53,995 nt of DNA from Actinomycetota bacterium (lineage in GTDB: Bacteria; Actinomycetota; Actinomycetes; S36-B12), in assembly GCA_009699315.1 (NCBI GenBank), contig WLOK01000003.1, positions 1 through 53,995 of the forward strand, read 5' to 3'. Every line of letters starts with the position of its first letter. Position 1 is the stretch's first letter. The position numbers and the translations under genes are program-made. Below are positions 40,826 to 51,098 of the stretch, in pieces. The notes below the pieces were generated by a model that was not told the DNA's origin, searched no databases, and worked only from the letters and a program-made list of their open reading frames with translations.

Positions 40826-41695
40826 GTGGTCGCGACACCGGAGGCCCCCGCCCCAGACTCGGGGAGTAGGAAACGCAAGAAGCGGTCCGCGGCGGATGGC
40901 ATGCCGCTGACTGCCCATCTTCGCGAGCTGCGCAACCGTCTGTTCAAGAGCGGCATCGCACTTGCCGCGGGCATGGTCGTCGGATGGATCTACTACACAC
41001 CGATCTTCACGTGGCTGTCTCAGCCTTTCACCACCGTCATCGAGCAAGCACGCGCTGACGGCCGGCAGGTCATTCTCGCGCTTACAGGTGTTGCAGATCC
41101 GTTTGTGTTGCAGGTGCAAGTTGCGGCCGTCGCCGGGCTCCTGATTTCTTCACCGGTGTGGCTCTACCAGTTGTGGCGATTTATCACTCCGGGCTTGCAC
41201 CGCCACGAGCGTCGCTGGGCGATAGGGTTTGTGTCGGTCGCGGTGCCGCTTTTTGCCGCCGGCGTAGCGCTGGCCTATTACGTATTGCCCTTTGGCCTGC
41301 AGATTCTCTTCGGGTTCACGCCGGAGAATGTGGAAAACATTGTGTCGGTCGACAAGTACCTTGCGTTCTTTATTCGCATGGTGCTGATCTTCGGTATCGG
41401 CTTCTTGCTCCCGTTGGTGCTTGTGCTGCTGAACTTCACTGGCATCCTCACTGGCAAGCGTCTGCTGTCGTGGTGGCGTTGGATCATTTTCAGCGTGTTC
41501 ATCTTTGGTGCCGTGGCCACTCCTACTGGTGATCCGATCAACATGATGCTGCTGGCGGGCCCCATGCTCATCCTGGTCGGCATTGCCATCATCATTTGCC
41601 TCCTGAACGATCGTCGTCGCGCGCGCAAACGAGGGCCGGATTCCGACTACGACCAATGGGGCGATGACGAGACTTCGCCTCTCGAACCTGCATGA
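40826..41695 (+). CDS. tatC: Twin-arginine translocase TatC
   Basis: MPLTAHLRELRNRL, YQLWRFITPGL, TPTGDP, six TM segments. Confidence 0.95.
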   Translation: MVATPEAPAPDSGSRKRKKRSAADGMPLTAHLRELRNRLFKSGIALAAGMVVGWIYYTPIFTWLSQPFTTVIEQARADGRQVILALTGVADPFVLQVQVAAVAGLLISSPVWLYQLWRFITPGLHRHERRWAIGFVSVAVPLFAAGVALAYYVLPFGLQILFGFTPENVENIVSVDKYLAFFIRMVLIFGIGFLLPLVLVLLNFTGILTGKRLLSWWRWIIFSVFIFGAVATPTGDPINMMLLAGPMLILVGIAIIICLLNDRRRARKRGPDSDYDQWGDDETSPLEPA

Positions 41696-42582
41696 CCTCC
41701 GCCGCCCTGATCGTCAATCCACGAGCGGGGAAAGGCCGGGCTGCCGATCAGGCGGCCGTGTGTGCGCGTGTACTTAGTGATCGCGGGTGGCACACGCGGG
41801 TGACCCTGTGTCATTCCGTGAGTGAAACCATTGAGTCTGCTCGTGCGGCCGCTGAGTTCGCTGACGTAGTGATCGCCTGTGGCGGCGATGGCACTGTGAA
41901 TACGGTCCTTCAGGGCGTAGTAGGCACATCGTCGGCCTTGGGGGTGCTTCCGTGCGGCACCGGCAACGACATCGCGAGCACCTTGGGCATGCCAAAGGGC
42001 AACGCTGAACTCATCGCGGCGACCTTAGCTTCCTCACCCATAGTCGCTGTCGATGTTGCGAGGGTGACCACCGCAGACGGCACGTCCCGTTGGTTCCTGG
42101 GTGTGCTCTCCAGCGGTTTCGATTCCAATGTGAACGAGAGAGCCAATTCCATCCGCTGGCCCCGGGGCACGGCGCGGTACATCACGGCAATGCTTGCCGA
42201 ACTTCGTACGTTCACCGCCCGGCCGTACTCGATCATCATTGACGGCGACGTCCACGAGGGGCCAGGGATCTTGGTGTCCGTGGGCAATGGTCCTCGATAC
42301 GGCGGTGGGATGCGGATCTGTCCTTCGGCGGATATTCGAGATGGACAACTCGATCTCACCTGGTTAGGCGACGTCAGCAAGGCAACGTTGCTCAAGGTCT
42401 TCCCGCGGGTCTACGCCGGCACCCACGTGACCCATTCGCGCGTGTCGACGCTTCGCGGCAAGCAGATCCAGATGGCTGCGCCGGGCCAGATCGCCTATGC
42501 AGATGGGGAAAGAGTTGGTCCGTTACCGATATCCATCGAGGTTCATCCTGCGGCGCTCAAGGTCACGGCCGCACTGGCATAG
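41692..42582 (+). CDS. YegS/DAGK-family lipid kinase
   Basis: NPRAGKG, GGDGT, PCGTGND, GNGPRYGGG, ADGE. Confidence 0.9.
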   Translation: MTSAALIVNPRAGKGRAADQAAVCARVLSDRGWHTRVTLCHSVSETIESARAAAEFADVVIACGGDGTVNTVLQGVVGTSSALGVLPCGTGNDIASTLGMPKGNAELIAATLASSPIVAVDVARVTTADGTSRWFLGVLSSGFDSNVNERANSIRWPRGTARYITAMLAELRTFTARPYSIIIDGDVHEGPGILVSVGNGPRYGGGMRICPSADIRDGQLDLTWLGDVSKATLLKVFPRVYAGTHVTHSRVSTLRGKQIQMAAPGQIAYADGERVGPLPISIEVHPAALKVTAALA

Positions 42583-42591
42583 CCTTACGGG

Positions 42592-45291
42592 GTGCCCACC
42601 CCCGCAGAGCGCTTCGCAGCAGCCAAGGCCCGCCAGCGCTTCCAAGGGCCGGTCCAGCGCTTCGCTGAGACCTACGACTTCCCCCTTGACGACTTCCAAC
42701 TACGTGCCTGCGCCTCGATCGCGGAGGGCCGCGGTGTCCTCGTCGCGGCTCCGACTGGCTCGGGCAAGACGGTCGTGGGGGAGTTCGCGGCACAAGAAGC
42801 CTTGGATGCTGGGCTGAAGTGTTTTTACACCACCCCCATCAAGGCGTTGTCTAACCAGAAGTTTCACGACCTCGTCGAACGTCACGGGGCAAAGAACGTC
42901 GGACTGCTCACCGGTGACACCGCAATCAACAGCGAAGCCCCGATCGTGGTCATGACGACTGAGGTGCTGCGCAACATGCTCTACACCGATTCACCCACCC
43001 TGCACACCCTTGGCTATGTCGTCATGGATGAGGTTCACTATCTCGCCGATCGCTCACGTGGTGCCGTGTGGGAAGAGGTCATCATTCACCTGCCACAACG
43101 CATCACGGTGATTGCGCTGTCCGCCACGGTCAGCAACGCCGAGGAGTTCGGCGAGTGGCTCGAAACAGTACGCGGGGCGACCGATGTGCTGGTCGAGGAG
43201 CATCGTCCGGTGCCGCTGTGGCAACACGTGTTGGTGCGCACACATCTGCTCGATCTCTTCATCGACGACGATCAGCAGCAGGTCAATCCCGAACTTGTGC
43301 GTATCTCGTCGAGTGAGGGGCGCCGCCAGCCAGACACTCGACCCCAGCGAGGCGGCAAGCGCCCACGTGATGACCGCACGCCCATGCGCAGCGAGGTGAT
43401 CCAGCGTCTTGCTCGGGCAGATCTGCTGCCCGCCATCACGTTTATCTTTAGCCGGGCCGGTTGTGAAGCCGCCGTGCGCCAATGCACCACCATGGGACTG
43501 CGCCTGACAACGCCGGGGGAGCGTGATCAGATTCGGGCATACGTGGAGAACGCGGTGTCGGATCTGCCCGGTGAGGATCTTGCAGTTCTCGGCTACGGCG
43601 AATGGATCGATGCGCTTGAACGCGGGTTCGCCGCTCATCACGCGGGTTTGCTCCCACGGTTCAAGGAGGTTGTCGAAGCGCTCTTCCAGCAAGGGCTGGT
43701 GCGTGCAGTCTTCGCGACCGAAACTCTCGCCTTGGGCATCAACATGCCCGCACGTTCTGTCGTGCTCGAGCGCCTCGTCAAATGGAACGGCGACGCACAC
43801 GTCGACATAACGCCGGGGGAATACACGCAGTTGACCGGGCGCGCTGGGCGACGTGGGATCGACGTTGAGGGCCATGGCGTGATCGTGTGGCACAACGAAC
43901 TTGATCCGCGGGCGCTAGCGGGGCTGGCATCGGCGCGTACCTATCCGCTGCGCTCATCCTTTCGACCCTCCTACAACATGGCGGTCAATCTGGTCGGCCA
44001 GATGGGGCGCGAGCAAGCGCGCGAGGTATTGGAGACCTCATTCGCCCAGTTTCAAGCCGATCGAGCCGTCGTCTCATTGGCAGCACAAGCTCGTCGTGAC
44101 GAAGAGGCGCTCACTGAATACCGACGTTCCATGCAATGTCATCTTGGCGATTTCGAGGAATACGCCGGCATCCGGCAACGCATCAACCAACGCGAACGCG
44201 ACGCAGTACGTGAGGGCGTGAGTAAACGACGTGCCGACACGGTCGATGCGCTCGAGAAGCTCAGCGAAGGCGACGTGGTGTTCGTGTCTACGGGCCGGCG
44301 TTCGGGTGCGGCTGTCGTGATCGATCCGGGTCTATCGCCGCATGATGATCCGCGGCCCACGGTGATGCTTCTCGATAAGCAGGTGCGCCGGCTTTCCATT
44401 GTCGACTTTCCACAGGCGCCCGCGGTCGTTGCTCAGGTGCGCCTCCCGAAGGGTTTCGCACCTCGATCGGCACACGGCCGCAAGGAGTTGGTGCTTCGAC
44501 TGAAGGAAGCGGTGCGCGGCATCACCCCGCCAAGTCGGCCACGCGCCGGGGGAGTGGATGAGGAGATCACCCGTCTGCGGGCGCAGATGCGATCACACCC
44601 TTGTCATGGCTGTTCTGACCGCGAAACGCACGCTCGCTGGGCGGAGAAGGCATGGCGCATGCAGTCTGAACTCGGATCTCTTCATTCACGCATCGATAGC
44701 CGCACCAACACCATTGCACGCCAGTTCGACCGCGTATGCGAAATCTTGACCGAGCTCGACTATCTGCGCGAGGTCGACGGCACAATGGTTGCCACTAAAG
44801 CCGGCGACACTCTCAAGCGCATCTACTCCGAGACGGATCTACTTACTGCAGAATGTCTGCGTAAAGGAATTTGGTCCGGGCTCGATGCACCTGCGCTTGC
44901 GGCCGCGGTCTCGATTCTCGTCTACGAGTCTCGTCAGCGTGAAGATATGCCGGTGCGCATCCCCGGCGGTGTCGTGCGCGATGCCATCGACGAAACCCAT
45001 CGCATTTGGGCTGAGTTAGAGGCAATCGAGAAGGCACATCGTGTGGCGTTCCTGCGCGAGCCAGATCCTGGTTTCGCAATGGTCATCCAGCGTTGGACTA
45101 AGGGTGCGACACTTAGCGCGGTGTTGAGTGGCTCAGACATGCCACCTGGTGACTTCGTGCGCTGGGCCAAGCAGGTTGTAGACGCCTTGGGCCAAATCGC
45201 CAGCGCGTCACCAGACCCCGACCTCTCGGCTGTCGCATCTTCCGCGATCGCATCGATTCAACGCGGAGTTGTCTCCTACGCGACTGCTTAG
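42592..45291 (+). CDS. helY: Ski2-like DExH RNA helicase
   Basis: APTGSGKT, PIKALSNQK, DEVH, LSAT, TETLALGINMPA, GRAGRRG, C-terminal GDFVRW. Confidence 0.93.
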   Translation: MPTPAERFAAAKARQRFQGPVQRFAETYDFPLDDFQLRACASIAEGRGVLVAAPTGSGKTVVGEFAAQEALDAGLKCFYTTPIKALSNQKFHDLVERHGAKNVGLLTGDTAINSEAPIVVMTTEVLRNMLYTDSPTLHTLGYVVMDEVHYLADRSRGAVWEEVIIHLPQRITVIALSATVSNAEEFGEWLETVRGATDVLVEEHRPVPLWQHVLVRTHLLDLFIDDDQQQVNPELVRISSSEGRRQPDTRPQRGGKRPRDDRTPMRSEVIQRLARADLLPAITFIFSRAGCEAAVRQCTTMGLRLTTPGERDQIRAYVENAVSDLPGEDLAVLGYGEWIDALERGFAAHHAGLLPRFKEVVEALFQQGLVRAVFATETLALGINMPARSVVLERLVKWNGDAHVDITPGEYTQLTGRAGRRGIDVEGHGVIVWHNELDPRALAGLASARTYPLRSSFRPSYNMAVNLVGQMGREQAREVLETSFAQFQADRAVVSLAAQARRDEEALTEYRRSMQCHLGDFEEYAGIRQRINQRERDAVREGVSKRRADTVDALEKLSEGDVVFVSTGRRSGAAVVIDPGLSPHDDPRPTVMLLDKQVRRLSIVDFPQAPAVVAQVRLPKGFAPRSAHGRKELVLRLKEAVRGITPPSRPRAGGVDEEITRLRAQMRSHPCHGCSDRETHARWAEKAWRMQSELGSLHSRIDSRTNTIARQFDRVCEILTELDYLREVDGTMVATKAGDTLKRIYSETDLLTAECLRKGIWSGLDAPALAAAVSILVYESRQREDMPVRIPGGVVRDAIDETHRIWAELEAIEKAHRVAFLREPDPGFAMVIQRWTKGATLSAVLSGSDMPPGDFVRWAKQVVDALGQIASASPDPDLSAVASSAIASIQRGVVSYATA

Positions 45292-45295
45292 TCGG

Positions 45296-46195
45296 CTACT
45301 TGGCGAGTGCGGCTTGAAGTCTTTTCACCGATGCGGCTAAGCCCCATCGCTCGGTGAGTGTGCTGAGCCCTTCAGCATCTGGTGAAGTCGAGGATCGGCG
45401 CACGTCTACCTCCACCGCTAGATCGCGCACGACGGTCACCACGCGAACAGCGCGCTCGATGTAGTCAGCCGAGTCAATGATCGAACCGCGGATCTTCGGT
45501 GTGATCTTGGATGCGGGGTCTGCCGCAGCTTGCTGGATTCCGGGGAGGTCACCGTGTTCGGCGAGCAACTTGGCTGCCGTCTTTTCACCCACTCCGGGCA
45601 CGCCGGGGAGTCCGTCGGATGGGTCACCCTTCATCACTGCGTAGTCCACATACTGATCGGCTCGGACACGGAAGCGGGCGAAGACTGCCGCTGGGTCGTA
45701 GGGGTCGATTTTGCCCGGAGCGCCGGTGTAGAGCAGGGTCACGCGATCGTTGACGAGCTGCATGAGGTCGCGGTCGCCGGATACGACTGCCACAGGGCCG
45801 TCGTACTGGGTGGCCAGCGAGCCGATCACGTCATCTGCTTCGAAGCCCTCAACGCCCGCCACGGCGACTCCCAGAGCCCGCAGGACGGCCTCGAGCACCG
45901 GGACCTGTGGAGACAGGGTGTCTGGGGTTTCTTCGCCTGAGCCGTCGCCCTCCTGCGCTAGGCGATGGGTCTTGTAGGAGGGCATCAGTTCCACGCGCCA
46001 CTGCGGGCGCCAATCGAGGTCCCAGCAGCAGGCGATGGCGTCGGGGGAGCGGTCGTCGATCAACCGAGCGAGGGTGTCGAGAAATCCCCGAACCGCGTTG
46101 ACCGGCTCACCTTGAGGAGACGTCATGGACTCAGGGAGGGCATAAAAGGCGCGGTAGTACAGCGACGCGCTGTCGAGAACTAGGAGACCGGGCAC
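45296..46195 (-). CDS. Stand-alone 5'-3' exonuclease/flap endonuclease
   Basis: LDSASLYYRAF, YKTHR, EADDVI, SGDRDL, GDPSDGLPGVPGVGEKTA. Start reassigned to GTG 46195. Confidence 0.92.
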   Translation of the reverse strand: MPGLLVLDSASLYYRAFYALPESMTSPQGEPVNAVRGFLDTLARLIDDRSPDAIACCWDLDWRPQWRVELMPSYKTHRLAQEGDGSGEETPDTLSPQVPVLEAVLRALGVAVAGVEGFEADDVIGSLATQYDGPVAVVSGDRDLMQLVNDRVTLLYTGAPGKIDPYDPAAVFARFRVRADQYVDYAVMKGDPSDGLPGVPGVGEKTAAKLLAEHGDLPGIQQAAADPASKITPKIRGSIIDSADYIERAVRVVTVVRDLAVEVDVRRSSTSPDAEGLSTLTERWGLAASVKRLQAALAK

Positions 46196-46232
46196 CGCGA
46201 CATCCTGCCGCATCCGGCGATACCGTGGCGGC

Positions 46233-47336
46233 ATGCAGCCCCAAGACATCCAACTCCGCCTCGACCGCGCCCAGCAGGGCCTGCGGTCCCGTGGCCTCGA
46301 TGCTCTCTTGGTCACCCCAGGGCCCGACCTGCGCTACCTCGTGGGCTACGACGCGGTGCCCTTGGAGCGCCTGACCTGTCTGGTCATCCCGGCACAGGGG
46401 CAGATCCGCATGGTCGTACCGCGCCTTGAGGAACCAGCCGCCCGCGCGAGCCACGCTGGAGGCGCAGACATCGAGATTCACACCTGGGGCGAGCTTGACG
46501 ATCCCTTCGCGCTTACCGCCCGACTGGTGGGATCTGTCTCTCGCATTGCCGTCGATGACCGCATGTGGGCGGAAAAGGTGTTGAACCTCCGTGGCGCTAT
46601 GCACGGGGTGGAACAGGTCGCCGGTGGGCTTGTGATGCGCGAACTTCGTCAGCGCAAAGGCCCCGACGAGATCGCGCACCTACTAGAAGCCGGAGCTGCG
46701 ATTGATCGAGTGCACGCGCAGGTGCCAGCCCTGTTGCGCGTGGGCCGCACGGAGCACGAAGTCGCCCGGGACATTGCTGAATTGATCATCGCTGAAGGGC
46801 ATGTCAGCGTCGACTTCGTGATAGTGGCTGCAGGTCCTAACGGCGCAAGCCCACACCACGAGGCAAGTGATCGGGTGTTGGTCGCGGGGGAGCCGATTGT
46901 CATCGACATCGGTGGCACCATGCCGAGTGGTTACACATCTGACGAAACGCGGATGTATTGCATCGGCGAGCCACCTGCGGATTTCGCTACCTACTACGAG
47001 GTGCTGTTCGCCGCACAGGCTGCCGCTGTTGCTCATGTGCGTCCTGGCGTCACCTGCGAAAGCATTGACGCGGTGGCTCGGGAAGTGATTACGGATGCCG
47101 GATACGGCGACTACTTCGTACATCGCACTGGTCACGGCATCGGCATGGAGACACACGAGCATCCCTACATCGTCGCGGGTAACACACTCGCGCTAGAGCC
47201 AGGCATGGCGTTCAGCATCGAGCCGGGCATCTACCTGCCCGGCCGCCACGGAGCACGCATTGAAGACATCATCATCTGCGGCGAAGAAGGTGCGGTCGTA
47301 GTCAACCATCGCCCACGCGAACTCGTGATCGCTTAA
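46233..47336 (+). CDS. Xaa-Pro peptidase (M24 family)
   Basis: PHH, DIGG, SDETR, HRTGHGIG...HEHP, EPGIY, RIEDI. Confidence 0.92.
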   Translation: MQPQDIQLRLDRAQQGLRSRGLDALLVTPGPDLRYLVGYDAVPLERLTCLVIPAQGQIRMVVPRLEEPAARASHAGGADIEIHTWGELDDPFALTARLVGSVSRIAVDDRMWAEKVLNLRGAMHGVEQVAGGLVMRELRQRKGPDEIAHLLEAGAAIDRVHAQVPALLRVGRTEHEVARDIAELIIAEGHVSVDFVIVAAGPNGASPHHEASDRVLVAGEPIVIDIGGTMPSGYTSDETRMYCIGEPPADFATYYEVLFAAQAAAVAHVRPGVTCESIDAVAREVITDAGYGDYFVHRTGHGIGMETHEHPYIVAGNTLALEPGMAFSIEPGIYLPGRHGARIEDIIICGEEGAVVVNHRPRELVIA

Positions 47337-47338
47337 GC

Positions 47339-48913
47339 ATGCTCACTGCGCCACTCTCCCCGCGTCTGCATGCGGTGATTCGAATTGCACTGGCGGTTGT
47401 GGGTGGCTTGTCGCTGCTCTATGCATTTCCGCCATACGGTCAGTGGTGGATCGCCCCATTCAGCGTCGCGGCCAACATCGTCGCGGTTCGAGGCACGCGA
47501 TGGTGGGTGGCGTTTCTGCTTGGTCTGGTCCAGGGCCTGGCGTTTTTCATCCCGCTACTGAAATTCGTCGAAGTGGCCGGCACGGATGGCTGGTTCATTC
47601 TTGCTGCCTGGTGCTCGCTGTGGATCGGCCTAATGTCGATAGTGGTGATGCTGGTCCAGCGATTGCCGTTGTGGCCGTTGTGGATTGCGTGCGCATGGAT
47701 TTTGCAGGAGATGCTGCGCAGTCGAGTGCCGTTCGGCGGCTTTAGCTGGGGGCGACTTGCGTTTGGTGCCAGCGATGCACCGGTCACTTCTCTCGCCTCA
47801 CTGGGAGGTGCCCCACTTCTGACGTTTCTGCTCGCGCTGATGGGCGCGCTACTTGTGTGGGTCGTAATTCGTGCTCGCAAGTGCGATTTCGTTCGCGCGG
47901 GGATCGGCGTTGCTGGAGCGGCTGCGATCGTGGTTATCGGCATTGTGCTTCCGCTTCCCACTGCCGCGGAGGATGGTTCGCCCTACATCGCCGTGATTCA
48001 AGGCAACACCGCCGACATCGGAATGTCCGCCTTTGATCAGGCGCGTGCAGTTCTAGATAACCACGTCAAGGAAACCAAGCGGCTTGCGGAACAGGTTGCT
48101 GCAGGTGAGGCTCAGCAACCGCAATTGGTGCTGTGGCCCGAGAACGCCTCTGACATGGATCCGTATGCGAATCCGAGCGTCTACACAGAGATTTCATCAG
48201 CCGCACAGGCGATTGGGGTTCCGATCATCATCGGTGCAGTCATTGGCTATCCCGGCGATCCCACGCGTGTTGCCAACGCCGGGATTGTTTGGGATCCCGT
48301 CACTGGGCCGGGGGAGTTCTACATCAAGCGGCATCCGGTGCCGTTCGGAGAATTCGTACCGTTCCGCGACATTCTGGCCAAGTTGATCTCTCGGTTTGAG
48401 CGAGTACCGCGCGATTTTGGAGCGGGCACATGGCCTGGTGTGCTCACAGCTGGGGGAGTGACTATCGGCGATGTCATTTGTTATGAGGTGGCCTACGACG
48501 ACATCGTGCATGACGCGATCATTGGCGGCGGTCAGGTGCTGGTCGTGCAAACGAACAACGCGACCTACATGGGCACACACCAACCCGATCAACAGTGGGC
48601 CATCACGCGTCTTCGTGCCGTAGAGCATGGGCGGTCGACGCTGGTTGCTGCCACCACGGGCATTAGCGGATGGATTACTCCTGATGGTGCAGTCGTACAG
48701 GAATTGCCCTTGATGCAGTCAGACCATTTCGTCGGCGCAATTCCATTGCGCGACACCTTGACCCTCTCGGATCGGTTGTCGTATTGGCCAGAATATCTTG
48801 CGAGCCTCGCAGCCCTGATTGCGGCGATTTGGGCCGTCGTGACTCGCCGTCGTTTACGTCGTGACGCGGCATTAGACTCACGTGAGAATCCTGAGGAGGA
48901 ACCAATCGCATGA
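47339..48913 (+). CDS. lnt: Apolipoprotein N-acyltransferase
   Basis: TM N-terminus and nitrilase triad [17 protein letters not shown], plus QTNNA. Confidence 0.93.
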   Translation: MLTAPLSPRLHAVIRIALAVVGGLSLLYAFPPYGQWWIAPFSVAANIVAVRGTRWWVAFLLGLVQGLAFFIPLLKFVEVAGTDGWFILAAWCSLWIGLMSIVVMLVQRLPLWPLWIACAWILQEMLRSRVPFGGFSWGRLAFGASDAPVTSLASLGGAPLLTFLLALMGALLVWVVIRARKCDFVRAGIGVAGAAAIVVIGIVLPLPTAAEDGSPYIAVIQGNTADIGMSAFDQARAVLDNHVKETKRLAEQVAAGEAQQPQLVLWPENASDMDPYANPSVYTEISSAAQAIGVPIIIGAVIGYPGDPTRVANAGIVWDPVTGPGEFYIKRHPVPFGEFVPFRDILAKLISRFERVPRDFGAGTWPGVLTAGGVTIGDVICYEVAYDDIVHDAIIGGGQVLVVQTNNATYMGTHQPDQQWAITRLRAVEHGRSTLVAATTGISGWITPDGAVVQELPLMQSDHFVGAIPLRDTLTLSDRLSYWPEYLASLAALIAAIWAVVTRRRLRRDAALDSRENPEEEPIA

Positions 48914-49662
48914 GCGATGAGCGCGTACTAGTGATTGTGCCGACCTACAACGAGAAAGAAAACCTCCCGTTGATCGTCGGACGCATCCGTGCGGCGACTC
49001 CCGAGGTGCATATTCTTGTCGCTGACGACAACTCTCCTGACGGCACTGGAAAGATCGCAGACGAGCTCGTTGCGGCTGATGACCACGTACATGTGATGCA
49101 TCGCAAGGGCAAGGAAGGCCTCGGGGCGGCCTATCTGGCCGGCTTCGCTTGGGCGTTGGAGAACAACTACGACGTAGTTGTTGAAATGGACGCCGACGGC
49201 TCACATCAACCTGAAGAACTCCATCGATTGCTCAGTGGTTTAGAAGACGCCGATCTCGTATTGGGATCGCGGTATGTGCCCGGGGGACAGGTGCGCAACT
49301 GGCCGAAGTCGCGCGAAATTCTCTCGCGTGGCGGCAACACGTACACCCGCATCATGCTGGGGATCCCGTTGCGTGATGCCACCGGCGGTTATCGCGCGTT
49401 CCGCGCTTCGGCTTTGCGCGCGTTGCAGCTCGATCAGGTTGCTTCGCAGGGGTACTGCTTCCAGGTCGATCTTGCGTGGCGTGCTTCTCAGATTGGTTTG
49501 CGAGTCAAAGAGGTACCTATCACGTTCGTCGAACGCGAGATCGGCGCGAGCAAGATGAGCCGCCACATCGTGGTTGAAGCACTTTGGCGCGTGACGCAGT
49601 GGGGAGCTAGATCGCGCTACGAGAAGATCAAAACGCGGGTGGGGTCGCGTTCCTCGCGATGA
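48910..49662 (+). CDS. ppm1: Polyprenol monophosphomannose synthase
   Basis: [33 protein letters not shown]. Confidence 0.92.
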   Translation: MSDERVLVIVPTYNEKENLPLIVGRIRAATPEVHILVADDNSPDGTGKIADELVAADDHVHVMHRKGKEGLGAAYLAGFAWALENNYDVVVEMDADGSHQPEELHRLLSGLEDADLVLGSRYVPGGQVRNWPKSREILSRGGNTYTRIMLGIPLRDATGGYRAFRASALRALQLDQVASQGYCFQVDLAWRASQIGLRVKEVPITFVEREIGASKMSRHIVVEALWRVTQWGARSRYEKIKTRVGSRSSR

Positions 49663-50075
49663 AAGGTTTTTGGCGGGGGATCGCGCTACTGGTCTTTGTT
49701 ATCTATCCGCTGGCTGAGTTGTTCGTGGCGATATGGATCGCGTCCATCATCGGCTGGACGTGGGTCATCCTGATCTTCTGCATCGGTTTCGTTTCGGGCA
49801 TCACGCTTCTTAGACGTAATGTCGTCAGTGGGATGCTCATCGCTGTGCCGGGATTCGTTACGGACATCATCGGATTAGTTCTGCTCATCACGCCGATTCG
49901 CAAAGTGATCGGTGCGGGCATCGTGGCGAGCATCGCTCATCGAGTCGGAATCCCACGCGGTATGTCCTGGCCAACTTCGCAGCCAGCGGCCGAGGGTTAT
50001 CTGCCGCCCGACCCAGAGCACCCGGTGGTGCAGGGCGAGGTCATCGACCCCGACGTTGGGCCGGGCAGCAGATAG
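49659..50075 (+). CDS. fxsA: FxsA-family membrane protein, short variant
   Basis: [15 protein letters not shown]-terminal VVQGEVID. Conserved position between ppm1 and rbpA. Confidence 0.8.
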   Translation: MKGFWRGIALLVFVIYPLAELFVAIWIASIIGWTWVILIFCIGFVSGITLLRRNVVSGMLIAVPGFVTDIIGLVLLITPIRKVIGAGIVASIAHRVGIPRGMSWPTSQPAAEGYLPPDPEHPVVQGEVIDPDVGPGSR

Positions 50076-50078
50076 TTG

Positions 50079-50438
50079 CTAAGCGGTCTTGCGGGCTCGT
50101 TGCGGCGTGCGCTTGGCCGCAATTAGGTCGAGGCGCTCGGAGAGCAGGTCCTCGAGGTCGTTGATGGTGCGGCGTTCCAAGAGCATGTCCCAGTGCGTGC
50201 GGCCAATTTTGGCCGCCTTTGCCTCTGGGGCCTCGATATCAGTCCGATGGGCATTCGCGCCGCAGCGGCACTCCCACTCGTACGGGATCTCCTCGGCCTC
50301 AGCCGAGTAAGGGATCGTGGTCTCGTGGCCCTTGGGGCAGCTATAGGCCACAAACACACGGTCGACCATTACGACACGTGAGTCGTTCTCGTAGCTCGTG
50401 GCGCCAAGGCGGGTGCCGCGTAGAGATGTGTTAGCCAT
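50079..50438 (-). CDS. rbpA: RNA polymerase-binding protein RbpA
   Basis: LRGTRLGATSYE, CPKGH...WECRCG, RTHWDMLLERR, LLSERL. Confidence 0.95.
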   Translation of the reverse strand: MANTSLRGTRLGATSYENDSRVVMVDRVFVAYSCPKGHETTIPYSAEAEEIPYEWECRCGANAHRTDIEAPEAKAAKIGRTHWDMLLERRTINDLEDLLSERLDLIAAKRTPQRARKTA

Positions 50439-50466
50439 GTCGATCCTCCTTGTGTACGTCCTCTAT

Positions 50467-50492
50467 AACAGTGAAGACGACCTAGGTGTTCC
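50467..50492 (-). promoter_or_regulatory. SigR/SigH-type ECF promoter of rbpA
   Basis: GGAAC-N18-GTT on the minus strand. rbpA is a known SigR target in Streptomyces. Confidence 0.7.
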
Positions 50493-50582
50493 CTTGGTTC
50501 CGTGGATCGGTCAAAATTGGGGATAACGGCGCTCATTCACATGGAATTCACAGGTTCGGCCCTACCTGAGGAATACTGGGAT

Positions 50583-50610
50583 AGAGCCGATAATGTACAT
50601 TATGTCAGAT
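50583..50610 (+). other. dif: Chromosomal dif site (XerC/XerD recombination site)
   Basis: AGAGCCGATAA-TGTACA-TTATGTCAGAT has the 11-6-11 architecture of E. coli dif (GGTGCGCATAA-TGTATA-TTATGTTAAAT), with the CCGATAA and TTATGTCA arms typical of actinobacteria. Intergenic. Confidence 0.85.
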
Positions 50611-50623
50611 TACAAACAACGGC

Positions 50624-51019
50624 CTAGGAGCACATGGGCGGAATGTAATCCGGCGCCTGGACGAAATGTGCAACCAGCACCCCACTCGTGAAGGAAGCCG
50701 TGCCATCCTGCGCAACGCTCATAACGCCGGTTTGCATCGGGTTCCCCCAGCCCTTCGGTGGATTGCCGTTGCCATCGCTCAGGTACGGGGTTGCGCGAAA
50801 CATCTTTCCGCGAACCAGCGCATGATCGATACCGCAGTGCGTGAGCAGCTCAACCGTCACCAGAACCGCTTCAGAGTCAGTGGCTGAGGTCTGACTTGGG
50901 TAGAGGGAGGACAAGTTGGGCTCGCTCGTCGAACTTGCACACGCCACTAGACCCGATCCAGTTATCAGAACCAACATCCCGGTAAGGAATGTCCGAGCAC
51001 ATCGGCAAGCTGCTTTCAT
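50624..51019 (-). CDS. Small putative lipoprotein of unknown function
   Basis: GGGGGAG before ATG 51019, hydrophobic stretch plus LVAC lipobox, LLTHCGI and GNPPKGWGNP motifs, terminal PMCS. Confidence 0.65.
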   Translation of the reverse strand: MKAACRCARTFLTGMLVLITGSGLVACASSTSEPNLSSLYPSQTSATDSEAVLVTVELLTHCGIDHALVRGKMFRATPYLSDGNGNPPKGWGNPMQTGVMSVAQDGTASFTSGVLVAHFVQAPDYIPPMCS

Positions 51020-51098
51020 GGCCCTAACTCCCCCTGTGGCGAAACTGTCGTCACACCCTCTAGACGGCGCCAGCGCGCTGATGCGTTGCGTCAAACAA

